Of a stretch of DNA of 64,000 nucleotides, positions 36,487-46,377 are shown in pieces (position 1 is the first letter of the stretch; the number at the start of each line of letters is the position of its first letter). The position numbers were made by a program, and so were the translations under genes. A model generated the notes under the pieces. That model was not told the origin of the DNA, did no database searches, and saw only the letters and a program-made list of their open reading frames with translations. Source of the stretch: a virus; IMG/VR virus record IMGVR_UViG_3300015371_000006, positions 47,597-111,596 of that record; one strand, written 5' to 3'.

Positions 36487-37323
36487 TCAGGTCAGCTTTC
36501 GTACAACCGTCCGCCAGGCGTCGAGCGCCGCCGGGGAGCTGTCCACGCGCCAGTCGCGTTCCTGCGGGCGGTCGTACCAGACGGCCGCCTTGATCCGGGG
36601 CAGGTGGTTGGGGATCGCGCGCAGGAAGCCGCCTCTGATCCAGGTGTTCTTGTCGCCGCCCGCCTCCACCGAGGCCACCTCGCCCAGCATGATCGGTCGC
36701 TGGCTCAGGCCCTGCAGCGTCCGGTAGCTCGGCTCGAAGACTTCGCGCAGCGTCTGCCACTTCCCCGGCCCCCCGCCCGGCCCCCAGTTGTAGCCGTCGA
36801 GCGCCATCCAGTGGACGAAGTTCGCGCCGGGCCAGTACGGGCGGATCGGGTAGTTGCCGTAGTCCACGTTCGGGCACCAGACGGTGCGCACGTTGGGCGC
36901 TGCTCGCAGCCGCCCCGCGACCCGCCGGAACGCGGCGACGTACTCGCCGGGCTGTTTGCCCCAGCCGTACCAGTCGCCGTTCATCTCATGGGCGAAGCGG
37001 ATCAGGATCTTGAACGGCTGCTCCAGCGCCAGCGCGCAGGCCGCGTCGATGTAGCTGTCGTAGACGCCCCTGGCGACGTCGGCCAGCGGGATCGTCGGCC
37101 CTTCCCAGCCCGAGCGGTAGAGCTGCCAGGTGATCATCGGGGTCGTCGCGTGCGCTTTGACGTTGGCGATCTCCGCGTCGGTCAGCAGCGGGTCGGTGAT
37201 GTTGCGGTAGTCGTGCAGGATCGCCGGGTGGTGGCCGGTGCGCCCGATGTAGGCGTCGAGCGTCGCTGCGCTCTCCAGCCCCGATGACTCCCCCTGCCGC
37301 GCGGTGTAGACGCCGAGTTGCAC
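36487..37323 (-). CDS. Glycoside hydrolase family 26 protein
   Basis: IRFAHEMNGDWYGW, WCPN, DGYN, PIMLGE motifs. Confidence 0.9.
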   Translation of the reverse strand: MQLGVYTARQGESSGLESAATLDAYIGRTGHHPAILHDYRNITDPLLTDAEIANVKAHATTPMITWQLYRSGWEGPTIPLADVARGVYDSYIDAACALALEQPFKILIRFAHEMNGDWYGWGKQPGEYVAAFRRVAGRLRAAPNVRTVWCPNVDYGNYPIRPYWPGANFVHWMALDGYNWGPGGGPGKWQTLREVFEPSYRTLQGLSQRPIMLGEVASVEAGGDKNTWIRGGFLRAIPNHLPRIKAAVWYDRPQERDWRVDSSPAALDAWRTVVRKLT

Positions 37324-37344
37324 AGGCCCAGCCTACGCCCCAAG

Positions 37345-37540
37345 CAGGAGGGCCCGGCGATCTACCGGGCCCATCGGTCCTGCCGCCCCGTCGCTTCCCG
37401 CCAGCTTTCGCGGTTCCGCTCTGACGGCTACGGCCATCTGTCCACACCGTGGGGCGTCGCGTTTGCGGCTGCCGGGCTTCACCACGCGCAGGCGGTACTT
37501 GGCCCGGCGGTCCGGCCTAGTGCACCTCGGTCGGCTCGGC
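37345..37540 (-). ncRNA. Candidate operator-controlled non-coding RNA (about 190 nt)
   Basis: Operator/extended -10 at 37542-37560, no credible ORF, terminal hairpin GGGCCCGG-tagatcg-CCGGGCCC. Confidence 0.35.
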
Positions 37541-37541
37541 C

Positions 37542-37560
37542 GCGCTATCGACTGTAGCAC
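37542..37560. promoter_or_regulatory. 19-bp palindromic operator (minus: GTGCTACAGTCGATAGCGC)
   Basis: Repeat copy. Confidence 0.7.
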
Positions 37561-38105
37561 TATGGCAGCTCGGATGTGAGCGGCCAGCTGTTTTCGTGGC
37601 AGCCCTGCAGCCCGTAGGTCTGTTGCTGCATCACCGGGGCGGGGTTGCCCGCGCCCGTGCAGAAGCGATGGCCCTGTCCTATCCGGTGGCCGAATTCGTG
37701 GCAGATGACCATCTGGCGGTAGGTCTTCACGCTGCCCTTCCAGTGCGGGACGGCGTCCATCCAGCGGTCGTGGTTGAAGACGACGCGCTGGCCGATGCTG
37801 CAGCTCACCTGGCCGTCGGTCTGCAGCGGTGCGCACAGCCGGTCGACCGTGTGCGGCTTCGCCAGGTAGACGTAGGTGCTCGCGTTTCGCTCGACCCGTT
37901 GGAAGCGCACGCCGCCGCCTCGGGTCCAGCCTCGCGGGTCGGCCAGCGTCCGGTCGATCATCGCGGCGACCTTGTCGCGCTGCAGACCCAGCCCTTGCTG
38001 CACGAACACCGTGTAGGTGAACAGCGGGCCGCCTCGCCCGCACACCTCGGTGGCACCCATGCAGCGGTTGAAGGTCGCACCCTCGACCTCGATGGTCTCG
38101 CTCAC
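37560..38105 (-). CDS. DUF3152 zincin-like protein
   Basis: TLADPRGW..FQRV..YRQMVICHEFGHRIGQGH..APVMQQQT; leaderless TAGCCT. Confidence 0.85.
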   Translation of the reverse strand: MSETIEVEGATFNRCMGATEVCGRGGPLFTYTVFVQQGLGLQRDKVAAMIDRTLADPRGWTRGGGVRFQRVERNASTYVYLAKPHTVDRLCAPLQTDGQVSCSIGQRVVFNHDRWMDAVPHWKGSVKTYRQMVICHEFGHRIGQGHRFCTGAGNPAPVMQQQTYGLQGCHENSWPLTSELP

Positions 38106-38536
38106 GCCGGGGAGGCTATCCGCTCTGGCGGCCAGGGCCAGGTATCGCCCTTTGCGTTGTTGCACGGGCTGCACATCGTCTGCAGGTTGCGGTCGTCGTT
38201 GGTCCCGCCCTTGGAGCGGGGCTTGATGTGGTCGATGGTCAGCGCCTTGCCGGTCGGGTCGTTGAGCCCGCAGCCCATGCAGGTGTAGCTGTCGCGCAGG
38301 TAGATGCGCGCGCGGCGGCCCAGCGTGATCCGCTTCGACTTGCCGCCGTTGTTGTAGCCGTTGGGCGGGGCACCCTCGCGGGTCTTGACCTGCTTCCAGC
38401 CGGGCCGGTAGCCCTTGCGGTGGCGGCAGATTTCGCAGTCCACCGGGCAGAGTCGCTGAAACCACACGGTGCCGCAGGCCCAGCAGCGCCAGCCCGTCCG
38501 CCAGGCGCGCGTCAGCCCTCCGGCGTCCGTGCTCAC
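38102..38536 (-). CDS. HNH endonuclease
   Basis: RDSYTCMGCG..LTIDHIKPRSKGG..NLQTMCSPCN. Confidence 0.9.
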   Translation of the reverse strand: MSTDAGGLTRAWRTGWRCWACGTVWFQRLCPVDCEICRHRKGYRPGWKQVKTREGAPPNGYNNGGKSKRITLGRRARIYLRDSYTCMGCGLNDPTGKALTIDHIKPRSKGGTNDDRNLQTMCSPCNNAKGDTWPWPPERIASPA

Positions 38537-38787
38537 CGGAGGGCCTCCGCGTCGGCGTCGAGCTTCGCCGTGCGCCGGGCCGCCTTGTCCAGGTCGCGGT
38601 CCAGCTCGCGCATGTATCCGTCCTCGTCCTCGGTGCCCTTCGTGTGGATCAGGCACTTCGGGCCGGGGTTGTAGCCGTTCAGCAGGGTGATGCAGCCCTC
38701 CTGGGCGCACGGGCGGTCGGCCCCGCCGTAGGGGCTGTACTGGCGGATCGCCAGCGGGTGCAGCTTGCTCCGGCTGATGCTCGGCAT
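38533..38787 (-). CDS. Small Cys-containing hypothetical protein
   Basis: C...GC.T.L..YN....C..H. Confidence 0.55.
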   Translation of the reverse strand: MPSISRSKLHPLAIRQYSPYGGADRPCAQEGCITLLNGYNPGPKCLIHTKGTEDEDGYMRELDRDLDKAARRTAKLDADAEALR

Positions 38788-38844
38788 AACCCGAGCCGCC
38801 GTGTTGCGAGGGCTGGGGTTAGGTCGAGCGGCGGGTGCGCACTC

Positions 38845-38913
38845 CGGCAACCTGGATCACGTTCGTTGGGCGACCCGCTACGGCAACCTGGATCACGTTC
38901 GTTGGGCGACCCG
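38845..38913. repeat. 33-bp exact direct repeat x2, 36-bp period
   Basis: CGGCAACCTGGATCACGTTCGTTGGGCGACCCG at 38845 and 38881. Confidence 0.9.
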
Positions 38914-39057
38914 AGTTCGGATCGGGCTTCGGACTCAGGCAGGCGATCAGGTCGCGCGGCATCTGCGCTTCGGTCCTGACGGGAAAGCCATGCCATGTCC
39001 GGTAGCCCATGCGTGGCAGGGTGCCAGCTGGTCCGGCGGAAGTCAACGGTTCGCGCG

Positions 39058-40581
39058 TCACATCAGCTCCATCTGCCCGGCCTCGCGGTGCTCTCGCTTC
39101 GCCGCGTCGGAGGCTGTGCCCAGCTGCAGCGCTTCGGCGGTGTCGCGGCCCTCGTGCTTGACCCACCAGTCGATGCGGGCGCGCGCGACCGGGACGTACT
39201 CTGCCTCGCGCTCGACGCCGATGAAGTCCACGCCCTCCAGCACGGCAGCGCAGCCGGTCGTTCCGCTGCCGGTGAACGGGTCGAGCACCGTGCCGCCGGG
39301 CGGGGTGACCATGCGGATCAGCCAGCGCATCAGGTCGATGGGCTTCACCGTCGGGTGCGGGTTCTTGGTCGGCAGCACCAGGTTGGGCGCACCGTCGGCC
39401 TTCAGCTGGTGGACCTTCTTCAGCGCGGCGTAGTCCTCTGACGGGTTCTCCACCTCGGGGAAGTCCTCCAGCCCGGCGTTGCGCTCGGCCTTGCTGGCCT
39501 TGGCGATGTAGAAGAACCGGCTCGGTCCGCCGCTGTCGCCGTACTGCGCCGCCGTCACACCGTCGATGTCGATGCTCGCCGGACCGTCGAAGCTGCCGCC
39601 GCCCTTGTCGTAGAACCCGGCGCTGCGGGCCGGTCCGGCCTGCGCGTCCAGCTCAGCGGCCGCCTCGGGGCTCAGGGCCATGTTCGCGGGCCAGCGTCCC
39701 TCGGCGTGGTACTCGATGGCCTTGCGCGTACCGTCGGATTCGAAGCCGCTGTAGGCGACCCGGTCCTCGGGGCTCACCCACTCGCGCCCGTCCACGTTCT
39801 CGCGGTCGGCGTCATCGACGGGGATGCGCGTCGCGTCGATGTTCAGGGCTCCGGTGCCGTGCTCCTGCACGTTGTGCGCCACCGTTGTGGGGATCGGCTT
39901 GCGCGCCATGACGATGGGCTCCCAGCTCGGCTTCAGGGCCGTGCCCCAGCCCTCCCACGCCTTCGCCTCGTCGGTGCAGGGCCGCGTCACGTCTACGGTG
40001 CCGCCGTTGTCCTGCCCGGCGCGGTTGAACACGTCGCCCTTGCCCTGCCAGCGGTCGGGGATCGTCTCGACCACCTCGGGTTCGGCTCCGTTGGCCTTGT
40101 CGATGGCCTTGGCGACGTTCAGCGACTTCGGGAAGCCCGAGCCGTAGTTCCAGGTGAGGCAGTCGCGGATCTCGAACCCGGCGTCCTCGATACCCGCCGC
40201 CAGCCGGTGGTAGGTCCGGGTGCCGCCGAAGGCCAGCAGGTGGCCGCCGGGCTTGAGCACTCGCAGCGCCTCGGTCGCCCAGGTCTCGCACCACTCTTGG
40301 AAGGCCCGCCCGCCCTTGACCGGCCCGGCGATGATCGCCTCGTTGCCGAAGGCCGAAGAGGATCGCGGCTCGGCCCTGCCCGGCCTGCTCGGGGAGTGGT
40401 CGCCCAGCGACTTGCGCGTCGCTCGGTCGCGCTCGGCCGCCGCGCTGATCGCTTTGCCGTCCCACTCCTTGCCCATGAACGAGATCCCGTAGGGCGGGTC
40501 GCACACCACGGCGTCGATGCTCTCTGCGTCCATCGCCTGCATCGCCTCGATGCAGTCGGCGTGGCAGACCTCCCAGCTCAC
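39058..40581 (-). CDS. DNA methyltransferase (N4-C/N6-A, beta class)
   Basis: CDPPY at N-terminus; HPTVKP; VLDPFTGSGTTG at C-terminus. Confidence 0.95.
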   Translation of the reverse strand: MSWEVCHADCIEAMQAMDAESIDAVVCDPPYGISFMGKEWDGKAISAAAERDRATRKSLGDHSPSRPGRAEPRSSSAFGNEAIIAGPVKGGRAFQEWCETWATEALRVLKPGGHLLAFGGTRTYHRLAAGIEDAGFEIRDCLTWNYGSGFPKSLNVAKAIDKANGAEPEVVETIPDRWQGKGDVFNRAGQDNGGTVDVTRPCTDEAKAWEGWGTALKPSWEPIVMARKPIPTTVAHNVQEHGTGALNIDATRIPVDDADRENVDGREWVSPEDRVAYSGFESDGTRKAIEYHAEGRWPANMALSPEAAAELDAQAGPARSAGFYDKGGGSFDGPASIDIDGVTAAQYGDSGGPSRFFYIAKASKAERNAGLEDFPEVENPSEDYAALKKVHQLKADGAPNLVLPTKNPHPTVKPIDLMRWLIRMVTPPGGTVLDPFTGSGTTGCAAVLEGVDFIGVEREAEYVPVARARIDWWVKHEGRDTAEALQLGTASDAAKREHREAGQMELM

Positions 40582-40934
40582 AGGCCGCCCTTGACGCGGC
40601 CCAGCTCATCGGGGTCGGGCCGCTGGGGGTCGCCGTTCGTGAGCGCCGTCAGCGCAGCATTCGCCTCGTCGAGCGCTCGCTCGGCGATCAGCGCTCCGCT
40701 CGGCCGGGGGCCACGGTAGTCCTCGCCTGCGATCTCCCTCAGCGATCCCATCGCGCGTTGCAGGATTGCGTAGATCTGCAGCTCGGCCTGGCGCTGGCTG
40801 TTCGCCTTGTCGTGCACGACGACCCGTCGGCACGCCTTGTCGCAGAAGGGGCAGTAGCCCCGGTTGCCGTCGGCCCCGGTGACGAAGCCGCAGGCCGGGG
40901 TGTCGCACACGTCGATCTGCCAGGTGTTGTTCAT
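40578..40934 (-). CDS. Zn-finger hypothetical protein
   Basis: CDTPAC..CPFC; GTGA overlap. Confidence 0.55.
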   Translation of the reverse strand: MNNTWQIDVCDTPACGFVTGADGNRGYCPFCDKACRRVVVHDKANSQRQAELQIYAILQRAMGSLREIAGEDYRGPRPSGALIAERALDEANAALTALTNGDPQRPDPDELGRVKGGL

Positions 40935-41294
40935 CGATCCATGCCCGACGCAAGGAATGCACACCCGATGGCGATCTGTGCACAGCCGATGGCGATCCAG
41001 GCCGTGTCTGCTCCGGCGGCGACCGACCCGAACGCGAAGGCGGCGGCCACGAACATGAGGCAGGCGGCTACTGCCATTCGCGGTACAGCTTCCAGCCGCA
41101 GTAGGCCACGCCGACCAGCTCTGCTCCGATCAGCGTCCACAGGAACCAGTCCCGCAGCGAGTCGGCCAGGGCGAACGTGCAGAGGGCGATGACCAGCGAG
41201 CGCAGTCCCATGACGTGCAGCCAGTACTGCGTGTGCTCAACGGCCAGCTTGTCTCGCCAGCGACGCTCTACCTGTCGCCGGTCCTCGGCGTCGT

Positions 41295-41519
41295 TCATGC
41301 GCCTATCCGCAGTTGGATTGCCTCTCCTGTACCCAGCTCAACGGTACGCCTCACCTCGTCGAGGCGCTCTTCGCTCACCTGCGCCGAGTCGCCGACGCCG
41401 TGCAGCTTGCCCTCGCAGATGCATTGGCAGTCGGCGACCGGGCCGCGCGCGGCGTGACAGGCTGCATCGCAGCGGCGCTCGGTTCCCTGCGGTGTGCGGA
41501 CGGCGATCAGGGTGGTCAT
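41295..41519 (-). CDS. Small Cys-rich Zn-binding protein
   Basis: CDAACHAARG..CQCICEG.LHG. Confidence 0.6.
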   Translation of the reverse strand: MTTLIAVRTPQGTERRCDAACHAARGPVADCQCICEGKLHGVGDSAQVSEERLDEVRRTVELGTGEAIQLRIGA

Positions 41520-41727
41520 CGCTCGGGGGGGCTGTCGCCCCACAGCTCGACCATGAACGCGCAGTCATCGCGGTGGCCGGGGTACTTGCCGGGCGCTCCG
41601 GGGTAGTGCGAGCCGAGTTCGCAGCCGCAGGCTTCGCAGACCGTGACGCCGTTCGCGTCGTGGACGTAGCGGGGAACGTCGGCGGGCGGGTCGAGTTGTT
41701 CGGTGCTCATGGTCGGGTGCGGGCACC

Positions 41728-42366
41728 CTACCCGGACTCGCCGACGGCCTCCAGCGCGAGCGCCGGGGTCACCTCTCTGGCGGTCCCTTGCAGCGCCTCG
41801 TCGAACTCGTCGTTGATCGACTTCGCCACGTCGTCGGTCAGCAGATCGTGGCGCTCCAGGATGTCTGTCAGTCGCTCGGCAAGGTCGAGGATGTTGATCT
41901 GCACGCGGACCTCCTGGGCCTCGCTCGGGAGCACGCCGACGCTCTGCAGGAACTTCGCCTTGTCGAACAGCGCCCGGATGCGCGCGGTCACGGCGTTGAC
42001 TCGGGCCGTGCCCTTCTCCCTCGCCGCCAGCGCAGCCAGCTCGCTGATCCCGGCGTCGATCTGCGCGGTCATTGCCTCGATTACGTCCAGCGGGTTGGCG
42101 CGCGTGAGCCGGGGGCCCTCTGCTCGCACGCCCTTGATGATCTCGCGGACGGTCGGCACGGTCAGCGCATAGGTGGCGGCCAGGTCGTAGTCGCTGATCC
42201 CGCGCAGATGCGCCCGGTAGATCTCGATATCGCGCTGCACCTGGTCGTAGCGCCCGCCCTCGCGCGGCCCCTTGTCACCCGCCTTGGCGACCTTCTTCGT
42301 GTCCTCGACTCGCTGCGCCTTGGTCCGCTTGCGCTGTCGGGGCTTCGGCTTCTTCGGCTCAGCCAC
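41728..42366 (-). CDS. Probable terminase small subunit (HTH plus helical domain)
   Basis: RDIEIYR..RGIS..DLA..Y..TV.TVREI HTH; upstream of TerL; leaderless-type start. Confidence 0.5.
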   Translation of the reverse strand: MAEPKKPKPRQRKRTKAQRVEDTKKVAKAGDKGPREGGRYDQVQRDIEIYRAHLRGISDYDLAATYALTVPTVREIIKGVRAEGPRLTRANPLDVIEAMTAQIDAGISELAALAAREKGTARVNAVTARIRALFDKAKFLQSVGVLPSEAQEVRVQINILDLAERLTDILERHDLLTDDVAKSINDEFDEALQGTAREVTPALALEAVGESG

Positions 42367-42815
42367 GCCTCAGATTGTCGCAGGCATCACGGCAGCTTTG
42401 GGGGTTCACCCTTGCCGGTATTGAGTTCGAAGTCGAAGGGAGCCCTGATCGTCAGCAGGCCGCCCTCGGTCAGCGTGTGTTCGCGCCCCTCGGCCTCCAG
42501 CGTCACCTTCCCTCGGCGGGCTCGGACGATGCGCACCTCGGTCTCGGTGAAGCCGTGGGCCTCTGCTCGGCGCAGGCTCACGGTCTCGCCCTCGCGCGGG
42601 TCCACGCCTTGATCGCGCCCTCGGCCTCCAGCGCCGCCATCTGCACCTCGTAGGGCACGTTGCTGCGCGGCTCGCCTCCGGGGCGGTTGATCCACTCGGC
42701 CATCCTGGCCGCTGCGCTCTGCAGCTGGTCACCGGGGGCGATCAGGGCTGTCAGCGGGTGCTGCGAGGGCAGCGCGTCGGTCTCGGAGTTGGCGAGCTTC
42801 TGCACCAGGTCCGGC

Positions 42816-43643
42816 CTACTCATCGTCGGGCTCGATGCCGGGCTGGGGCTCGGGCTCATCGTCGCCGGGCACCTCGATGCCGGGCACCGGGTACGGGGGC
42901 TCGGGCTTTTCTGCGGTCGATCCCATGTGGCCGCCCTCGGGGGCCATCGACTCGGGCTCGGGGTTCTCCATGTCGTCCTCCTGTCGTCCGGTGAATGGTT
43001 TCGTGAAGGTTGTCATCGTCCAGCCGTCGTCCTCGCTGATCGCCGTCTTCGGCGTCTTGACCGTGGCGATCCGCGCGCGCAGCTTCGTGCACAGCATGTG
43101 GTAGCGGTGCGGGTCGTCCATGCCGTCGGTGTACTCGATGCAGCTTTCGATCTCCTCCACCAGCCAGTCGAGGTCTGCGTCGGCGTCGTCGCGCTGGGTG
43201 CGCATCTGCTCGGCCACGCGCTGGGCCATGTCGGCGGCGGGCTCGCGGAGCCGGTCCACGGCCGCGCGCATCGCATCGACCAGCAGCTCTGAGCCCTGCA
43301 CCAGCCGCTCCATGATCGGCTCGTCGCGCTCGCCCAGCCTGCCGGGGTGCAGCGTGCCGGGGCCGTCGATCAGGTCGGCGCAGTAGCGCAGGATGCCGTC
43401 GACGTCGCCCGCCCGCGCGAACTCCCCGCCTTCGTCGCCGCACACCAGCCACTCGCCCTCCCGCGCGACCCACACCCGGTCGGCAGGGGTCAGCCGCCAG
43501 CCCCGGACCTCCAGCTCGCTGAGGAACTCGGCCAGGACGTGACTCGGGGCTCCGTTGATCCAGCGGCCGTTGCGGGTGGTGGCGAACGCCTGCAGCGCCA
43601 CCGTGATCTCGCGCTGGTGCATCTCGCGGTCGGTCGCCATCAC
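42816..43643 (-). CDS. Hypothetical protein
   Basis: Codon usage, coupling. Confidence 0.6.
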   Translation of the reverse strand: MMATDREMHQREITVALQAFATTRNGRWINGAPSHVLAEFLSELEVRGWRLTPADRVWVAREGEWLVCGDEGGEFARAGDVDGILRYCADLIDGPGTLHPGRLGERDEPIMERLVQGSELLVDAMRAAVDRLREPAADMAQRVAEQMRTQRDDADADLDWLVEEIESCIEYTDGMDDPHRYHMLCTKLRARIATVKTPKTAISEDDGWTMTTFTKPFTGRQEDDMENPEPESMAPEGGHMGSTAEKPEPPYPVPGIEVPGDDEPEPQPGIEPDDE

Positions 43644-44137
43644 TCGCCCCTCATCAGTTCGTCGAGCCGGAACTTAGTGCCCAGCGCATCATCGACGGTC
43701 ACGTCGTCACCCGCCCAGCCCAGCCGCCGTCCGTCGTAGACAGTCGCGTACTTGCGCACCACGCGGCGGCGGTGCAGGAACTCCTCGCCCTCGCGCGTCA
43801 CCAGCCACCAGCCCGAGCGCCCGCCGTCCTCGCGCCGGGCTGTCTCCTCGGCCACCAGCCCGAACAGCGCCAGCTTGCCTACCTCCCCGCCAAAGACGTT
43901 CGTGCCCCGCAGGACGGTCGGGCCGTGGACGTAGCGCTCCGTCCCACCCGCCCGGTAGAGCGCCACCAGCGCCCGGATCATCGTCGCGTTCAGCTTGCGC
44001 CTGTAGACGCGGGCGTACTGTTCACAGCAGGGGCACCTCGCGCCGTCGTAGAGCCGTTCGCGCAGCCAGTCGCGGGCTTCGGTCAGCGTCGCACCGCTCT
44101 GCGGTGTCGGTGCCTGTCCGTTAGGTGATGTAGCCAT
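43640..44137 (-). CDS. Phage protein with CPCC and wHTH-like region
   Basis: GARCPCCEQYARVYRRKL..G.W.VT.EG..F. Confidence 0.7.
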   Translation of the reverse strand: MATSPNGQAPTPQSGATLTEARDWLRERLYDGARCPCCEQYARVYRRKLNATMIRALVALYRAGGTERYVHGPTVLRGTNVFGGEVGKLALFGLVAEETARREDGGRSGWWLVTREGEEFLHRRRVVRKYATVYDGRRLGWAGDDVTVDDALGTKFRLDELMRGE

Positions 44138-44420
44138 TCGGATTCTCCTCGTCGATTCGCTTCGCCATCTTCTGCGCCATGCGCGCGGCGTCCTCCCAGC
44201 TGTCGTAGCGACACCGTGCCATGAAGGCGGCGTCGCGGCTCGACGGCTGGGGTTCGAACTCCCACTCGGCGTCCTTGTTCGCGCAGCGGCCTCGCCAGGT
44301 CACGGCCCAGGTCGCGCCGTCGGGGTTGCCTCGCTCGACGATTCGCACCTCGCCGATCTGCGGCGGGCCGATCCGCCACTCGACGGCGGTGATCGCCAGC
44401 TGCTCTGCGGTCAGGGTCAT
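44121..44420 (-). CDS. Hypothetical protein
   Basis: WEFEPQPSSRD..F..RCR. Confidence 0.6.
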   Translation of the reverse strand: MTLTAEQLAITAVEWRIGPPQIGEVRIVERGNPDGATWAVTWRGRCANKDAEWEFEPQPSSRDAAFMARCRYDSWEDAARMAQKMAKRIDEENPNGYIT

Positions 44421-44950
44421 GCAGGCCCCCGCAGGCTGCCGTCGGGGTAGACCACGCTGTCGACCATCTCGCGCAGCCAGCCGTAGATGCCGTCCAGGCC
44501 ACCGTAGGCCCAGGCCCGGTAGGCCATGTCGCCGAGCGAGAAGCCGATGTCGGTGTAGCAGGGGCCGCCGATGAAGTCGCACTCCTCTGCCGGGCCGGGC
44601 GCTCCGTCGTAGGTCGGCCAGCGGCAGTGAATCCACACCGGCCCCTTGGTCGGGCCGAGGCTGTAGTGCGGGCCGTACTTGCGCTTCAGGATGTCCTCGG
44701 TTTCGGGCAGCGGCTCTGCGCTCAGCAGCTCCCACTCGGCGGCGGCGGTTCCGGCGGGGTGCACCGAGGTGAAGAACATGCACAGGCTGCCGCGCCCGTA
44801 GGTCCGGCTGATGTCCTGGTGCTCGACCTCTGCGTCGTAGGCCGCTCGGGTCACCAGCCAGCGCCCGTAGCCGTCGTTGCCGGACGGCAGCTTCAGGCGG
44901 CTGATGTGGGGCTTGGGCTTGCGGTCGGTCGCCTCCGTGGCCTCAGCCAT
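44417..44950 (-). CDS. Hypothetical protein
   Basis: CGACCGAGGAGG RBS; C.FIGG.CY.D. Confidence 0.65.
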   Translation of the reverse strand: MAEATEATDRKPKPHISRLKLPSGNDGYGRWLVTRAAYDAEVEHQDISRTYGRGSLCMFFTSVHPAGTAAAEWELLSAEPLPETEDILKRKYGPHYSLGPTKGPVWIHCRWPTYDGAPGPAEECDFIGGPCYTDIGFSLGDMAYRAWAYGGLDGIYGWLREMVDSVVYPDGSLRGPA

Positions 44951-45362
44951 GTTTTCCTCCTCGGTCGAGTTCGCGCAGTGCGTGTCGGATGGTTGACTCG
45001 TCAACGTTCATCAGCTCAGCCACCTTACGGCGGCTCATCCCCGACGACACCAGCCTGTAGGCGCGATCTCGCAGCCTCGGGGTCAGCGCCGTGCGCCCGT
45101 AGCGATAGGCCAGCTCGCGGTGCGTCATCGGCTCACGATGGCGCGGCCTCACGCACAGGGTCTCCCCGCATAGCGATCCGAGCACCTTGCCCTTCGGCAC
45201 GGGGCCGTTCTTGCGCTCCCACAGCGCCTTGGCGGCGGTGGTGTTGCCCTGCGTGGTGTGGATCACCGGGGTTCCGTCGCGGTCGGTCTGTCCGTCCCAC
45301 AGGTGGCAGCCGCACACGTAGGCGTTCTCGCCGTCCTCGGGTGTCGCCAGGTGCCAGGTCAT
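44943..45362 (-). CDS. Degenerate HNH/His-Me-finger protein with C-terminal HTH
   Basis: CHLWDG..WE..NGPVP.G..LC...CVRP.H, then GMSRRKVAELMNVDESTIRH. Confidence 0.6.
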   Translation of the reverse strand: MTWHLATPEDGENAYVCGCHLWDGQTDRDGTPVIHTTQGNTTAAKALWERKNGPVPKGKVLGSLCGETLCVRPRHREPMTHRELAYRYGRTALTPRLRDRAYRLVSSGMSRRKVAELMNVDESTIRHALRELDRGGKHG

Positions 45363-45691
45363 GTCCACGGCAGCTTCAGCCCGTCGTCCTTGTGCCGGGG
45401 CAGCAGGTGGATGTGCAGGTGGTGAACGGTCTGCGTCGCCGCGTCGCCCTTGGAGGTGATCAGGTTCCAGTCGCCGGGGTGGCGGGCGGCCCACCAGCTC
45501 GCCAGCTTCATCGCCCAGGCGCTCACCGTCGGGTTCTGCGCGAAGTCGTTGACGTGCGAGAAGGGGACCACGAGCAGGTGTCCCTTGGTCACCGGGTGCA
45601 GCGGCTCGATGATGTAGCCGTAGCGGCCCTGGTACAGCGGCTTGCTCGGGCCGGTGTAGTCGCAGAAGGGGCAGTCGTCGCGGCGGCTCAT
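45359..45691 (-). CDS. HIT family nucleotide hydrolase
   Basis: CPFC; P..KGHLLVVP..H; QTVHHLHIHLLPR. Confidence 0.9.
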   Translation of the reverse strand: MSRRDDCPFCDYTGPSKPLYQGRYGYIIEPLHPVTKGHLLVVPFSHVNDFAQNPTVSAWAMKLASWWAARHPGDWNLITSKGDAATQTVHHLHIHLLPRHKDDGLKLPWT

Positions 45692-46377
45692 CGCTTCAGT
45701 CGACGGGGGTCAGCTCGTTGAGCAGCTGGATTCCGCTGCCGACCCACGGCGGTTCGACGCTGATCGGGATCGCCTCGGCGTTGCAGACGCTGATCGCTGC
45801 CTGCTCCATCGCCTCGCGCTTGGTCGCGGCGGTGCCGCTTCCCCAGTTGGTCTGATTGAGTGCCCCGCTCGGCAGGAAGCTCTCCTCATAGACGCGCCAC
45901 GTCCAGCCGCCTGCGCCGGTCGGCTCGATGGTCACCTTCGTCTGCCTCACAGGACCACCACCAGGACGACGGCGACGATCACCATCATCAGCGCGCAGAG
46001 GATGATCGCCAGGCCGAGGCCGCTCGCGGCGTGCTGGCCCTCCCACCAGTCGTTGTCGAGGTGCGACCGGCTTGCCGGTACCGGGACCGGCTCGCCCCGT
46101 TCGTTGGGCTTGGTCGTGCGCGGGTTGTGCCAGCGCCAGCAGGTGTAGACCTCGCTGTCTGAGCGAAAGACCTTGATCCAGTGCAGCCGGTCGCCGTCGC
46201 CGTAGCGCTCCACGCCCTGCTCGGCGTAGGCCACGGCGTCGGCCTGATTGTCGAACTTCGCCGCCTGCGGCACGGGCGGGCCGCCGTCGTCGGCCATGTA
46301 CCAGACCGTGTGCGGGTGCTCGGGGTAGCCGCAGCTCGGCGGGTCGCGCAGCTCGGGGCTGATCGGAGTCGGTTCGC

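Noticed and set aside
38845-38913. Possible CRISPR mini-array
   Set aside because: Only two copies separated by 3 bp; no spacers and no cas genes
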